DNA from: an uncultured Chthonomonadaceae bacterium
GTDB lineage: Bacteria; Armatimonadota; Chthonomonadetes; Chthonomonadales; Chthonomonadaceae
Direction: 5' to 3'
DNA length: 64,000 nucleotides
Assembly (NCBI GenBank): GCA_963835065.1
Contig: CAWIEK010000030.1
Span: 1-64,000, forward strand
Part shown: in pieces, positions 62,384 to 64,000 of the stretch
How positions within the stretch are numbered: position 1 is the stretch's first letter
Layout: each line of letters begins with the position of its first letter
The notes under the pieces: generated by a model
The model's input: only the letters and a program-made list of their open reading frames with translations
The model's database searches: none
Told to the model about the DNA's origin: nothing
Program-made: the position numbers and the translations under genes

Positions 62384-62465
62384 GTGATGAATGATGAGTG
62401 ATGAATAGAATTTCGTTCATCATTCATCACTCATCATTTCCTCTAATACCCAACACCCAACACAT
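62384..62465. repeat. Inverted heptamer arrays (RTGATGA)x3 ... (YTCATCA)x3 plus (AACACCC)-like x3
   Basis: Direct reading; last array overlaps the 3' end of the hemolysin III gene. Confidence 0.8.
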
Positions 62466-63153
62466 ACAACATCAGAACAAAATGACACGCGCTTCCTCCC
62501 AGGACAAACACATGCCATAGATCGTGCGCGCCGAACTTGCCGGGCCATAAGCGGGGCCAGTTGGTCGCGTAAAATACGGTTCCCACGGTGTACAATACGC
62601 CGCCGCCGATAAGCCAGTACAGCGCGCTTCGCGGCAGGGTCGCCCACAACGAGGGAAGGGCGAGCAATGCAAGCCAGCCCATGCCGAGATACAAAACCAC
62701 GCGCAGCCACTCCGGCTTGCTGTTAAACAGCAGAACGCAGCCAATCCCGATGGCTGCCAGCAGGTACTCCGCGCCAAGCAGACTCAATCCCCATCCCCTG
62801 CGCAGAGGAACAAGGCACAGGGGCGCATACGTTCCCGCAATCAGCAGGAAAATAGCGCTGTGATCGAAGCGCATCAGGCGGTTGAGATGCCGTTCCGAAA
62901 CATGCAGGCTATGGTACAGGCCACTGGCAAGATACAACACAATCAAACTGCCGCCGTAAATGGCGAAGCCCAGCGTGTGCCAGGGCTTGCCCCGCGACAA
63001 AACCAGCAGCGCAATCAAACCCAAGACCGAAATCACCGCCCCGGCAAGGTGCGAAAAGCCGCTAAACGGCTCACGCGGCCAGAAGCGTTTGCTTGCCGCC
63101 ACTTGCACGGACAGTTTCTGATTTTCAACTTCATTTACATTGATTTCGGACAT
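62443..63153 (-). CDS. Hemolysin III / PAQR family membrane protein
   Basis: EPFSGFSHLAG, SGLYH, DHSAIFLLIAGTY, HDLWHVFVLGG..CH. Confidence 0.93.
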   Translation of the reverse strand: MSEINVNEVENQKLSVQVAASKRFWPREPFSGFSHLAGAVISVLGLIALLVLSRGKPWHTLGFAIYGGSLIVLYLASGLYHSLHVSERHLNRLMRFDHSAIFLLIAGTYAPLCLVPLRRGWGLSLLGAEYLLAAIGIGCVLLFNSKPEWLRVVLYLGMGWLALLALPSLWATLPRSALYWLIGGGVLYTVGTVFYATNWPRLWPGKFGAHDLWHVFVLGGSACHFVLMLYVLGVGY

Positions 63154-63198
63154 AAGCCTCTATCAGCGCAACACCGCCTGCCGGTCAAACTTTGGTTC

Positions 63199-63492
63199 TC
63201 AGCGGGGAGAGTGATAGGTCGTGGTTCGCTTCTTGGAAAGCCGCTCCCGGTCATTCTGAAATTCTATTTCGCGCTGCGCGGCGGCTTCGGGCTTGTCGAG
63301 TTCTTCCTGGGCAAGGCGCTCCGCCTTGCTGCGCTGGAATTCGGCGAGACGCTCCGCTTCCTGCTGTTCTGCCGGCGAACCCGGCACACACTGGCTGGTA
63401 AACGCCAGCTTGCTTGCACGGTTCTGGTTGGTAGACATAATTGATTTTGCCTTCTCAGGATCGGCTATGGGCGGCTCTTGCGCTGTCGCCAA
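63199..63492 (-). CDS. Hypothetical charged protein
   Basis: 97-aa ORF with helical charged composition. Confidence 0.45.
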   Translation of the reverse strand: MATAQEPPIADPEKAKSIMSTNQNRASKLAFTSQCVPGSPAEQQEAERLAEFQRSKAERLAQEELDKPEAAAQREIEFQNDRERLSKKRTTTYHSPR

Positions 63493-63826
63493 ACCCTGCG
63501 CGGGGTTGATGCCTGTACGCTTTCTCTATCCAAAAACAAAACCCCTGACCTCAAACGCGCAGTCTGCAAAATGCGCGTGAGTGAGAGGGGTTGGCCTCCG
63601 GCGTATTTGGAAAAAGCGAGCCTGAATATATCCAAGGATAGGCCAGGCGAGTGGTTTAATTTAGTATACCACACAATTCCTAGCTGCGCCCTCCACATAC
63701 CTGTATGTCTCAGGGCTGGTAGATCGAAGATTGTAAAGACCTTTCAGGTATCAGACTGTAAGAGAGTTCCTGATAAAGATAATCAAAGCCTCTTGATTTT
63801 ATGTCCAAAAAGGCATATACTGGAGT

Positions 63827-64000
63827 ATGGATGAAAAAGAGATCGTCTGGATGAGCAGCGAAGTTAAGACGCCGCCGTTTTCAGAAACGGCGCGAGTGGA
63901 GGCCGGACACTATCTTCGTCTGTTACAGCAGGGACACTTGCTTTCTATGCCACAGTCGCGTCCAATGCCATCGTTAGGAGCGGGCTGTCACGAGTTGCGC
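63827..64000 (+). CDS. RelE/HigB (Gp49-like) toxin, partial at window end
   Basis: Own translation MDEKEIVWMSSEVKTPPFSETARVEAGHYLRLLQQGHLLSMPQSRPMPSLGAGCHELR. Confidence 0.8.
   Translation, partial: MDEKEIVWMSSEVKTPPFSETARVEAGHYLRLLQQGHLLSMPQSRPMPSLGAGCHELR

Noticed and set aside
1..64000. CRISPR array or cas genes
   Set aside because: No 23-50-bp repeats with unique regular spacers and no Cas motifs; repeats seen are short tandem arrays or REP hairpins

Overview
GC-rich bacterial chromosomal window. Three prepilin/DUF1559 H-X9-DG paralogs and the gene content suggest Armatimonadota (inference, not a database result). The left end (1-2809) is one edge of a compact integrative element at tRNA-Arg(UCG): tyrosine integrase, small HTH gene and a frameshifted phage-type replication initiator with internal iteron-like repeats. 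Housekeeping genes (class A PBP, flhA, uvsE, comF, osmC, serS, moaC, mutS2, rpmB, oppABC, sigma-70, LysR, def-fmt, two ABC exporter halves) alternate with accessory patches. The main patch is a defence island after mutS2: an uncharacterised wHTH-like + TIGR02391/Ymh HEPN gene pair beside a BglI-like C-R/M type II system. Others are a 1,092-bp tandem duplication creating a signal-peptide/beta-carbonic-anhydrase chimera, an IS4 remnant fused to DUF4365-like genes, and toxin-antitoxin loci. Two non-coding repeat systems stand out. (i) Inverted pairs of 7-mer tandem arrays whose unit differs from site to site, often starting at a stop codon. (ii) A REP/REPIN-like family with four related copies, two at the duplication breakpoints. 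Several single-base frameshifts may be sequencing errors. All family calls are by-eye motif recognition.
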